Shown here in pieces: positions 63,231 through 63,583 of a stretch of DNA of 63,583 nucleotides (its first letter is position 1; each line of letters begins with the position of its first letter). This DNA is from Lama glama (taxonomy: Eukaryota). The DNA lies in assembly GCA_028534125.1 (NCBI GenBank), contig CM052832.1:16432418-16496000 (forward strand). The letters run 5' to 3'. A program made the position numbers and the translations under genes. Under the pieces are notes generated by a model. That model did not search any database. It saw only the letters and a list, made by a program, of their open reading frames with translations, and had not been told where the DNA came from.

Positions 63231-63583
63231 ATTTTAAATACGGTGCTCGGGGAGGCTTCTCTGAGAAAGTGATATTTGAGCAAAGACTTTAAGGAGGTGA
63301 GGGAATACGCCACGTGGACAGATGGGAAAGGAGCGTTTCAGGCAGAGAGAACAGCAAGTGCAAAGGTCCTAAGGTGAGAATATGTCTAGATGTCTGAGTA
63401 TTCATGGAGCAGCAGGGAGGCCAGCGCAGCTGGAGCCACATGTGTGAGGGGAAGCAGAGGCAAAAGATGCAGCCAGATTGTGTTGGGCCTTGTAGGCCAT
63501 TGGGAAGAATCTGGCTTATATTTGGAGTGGATTACCTCCCAGAGTAGTAGTTCCATGGAGGGTGGCTTGGCCAACTACCAAAG
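63231..63583 (-). mobile_element. L2 remnant (continuation of the piece at ~62195-62330)
   Basis: GAGAAAGTGATATTTGAGCAAAGAC..CAGGCAGAGAGAACAGCAAGTGCAAAGGTCCTAAGG L2 signature. Confidence 0.7.

Overview
Gene-dense mammalian MHC class III segment, in reverse orientation relative to the usual human chr6 map: LY6G5C (+, 5' end cut off by the window edge), LY6G5B (-), CSNK2B (-), GPANK1 (+), C6orf47 (+), APOM (-), BAG6 (+), PRRC2A (-, hosting SNORA38) and AIF1 (-). I traced the coding exons by hand through GT/AG boundaries and reading phase. All eight complete genes give intact ORFs of the expected length; LY6G5C is partial but open. A tRNA-derived SINE of the Vic-1 type suggests a camelid genome (inference). 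The last 12 kb is dominated by L1/L2/MIR remnants around AIF1. I see no wholly new biological system. The best leads are regulatory: an overlapping uORF on PRRC2A (itself a leaky-scanning factor), five octamer motifs clustered at the PRRC2A promoter, an open in-frame AIF1 intron 4 (IRT-1-like), LY6G5B intron retention and CSNK2B-LY6G5B read-through phases, a GC-AG intron in PRRC2A, and small lineage-specific protein changes. Comparisons with human proteins are from memory and need alignment to confirm.
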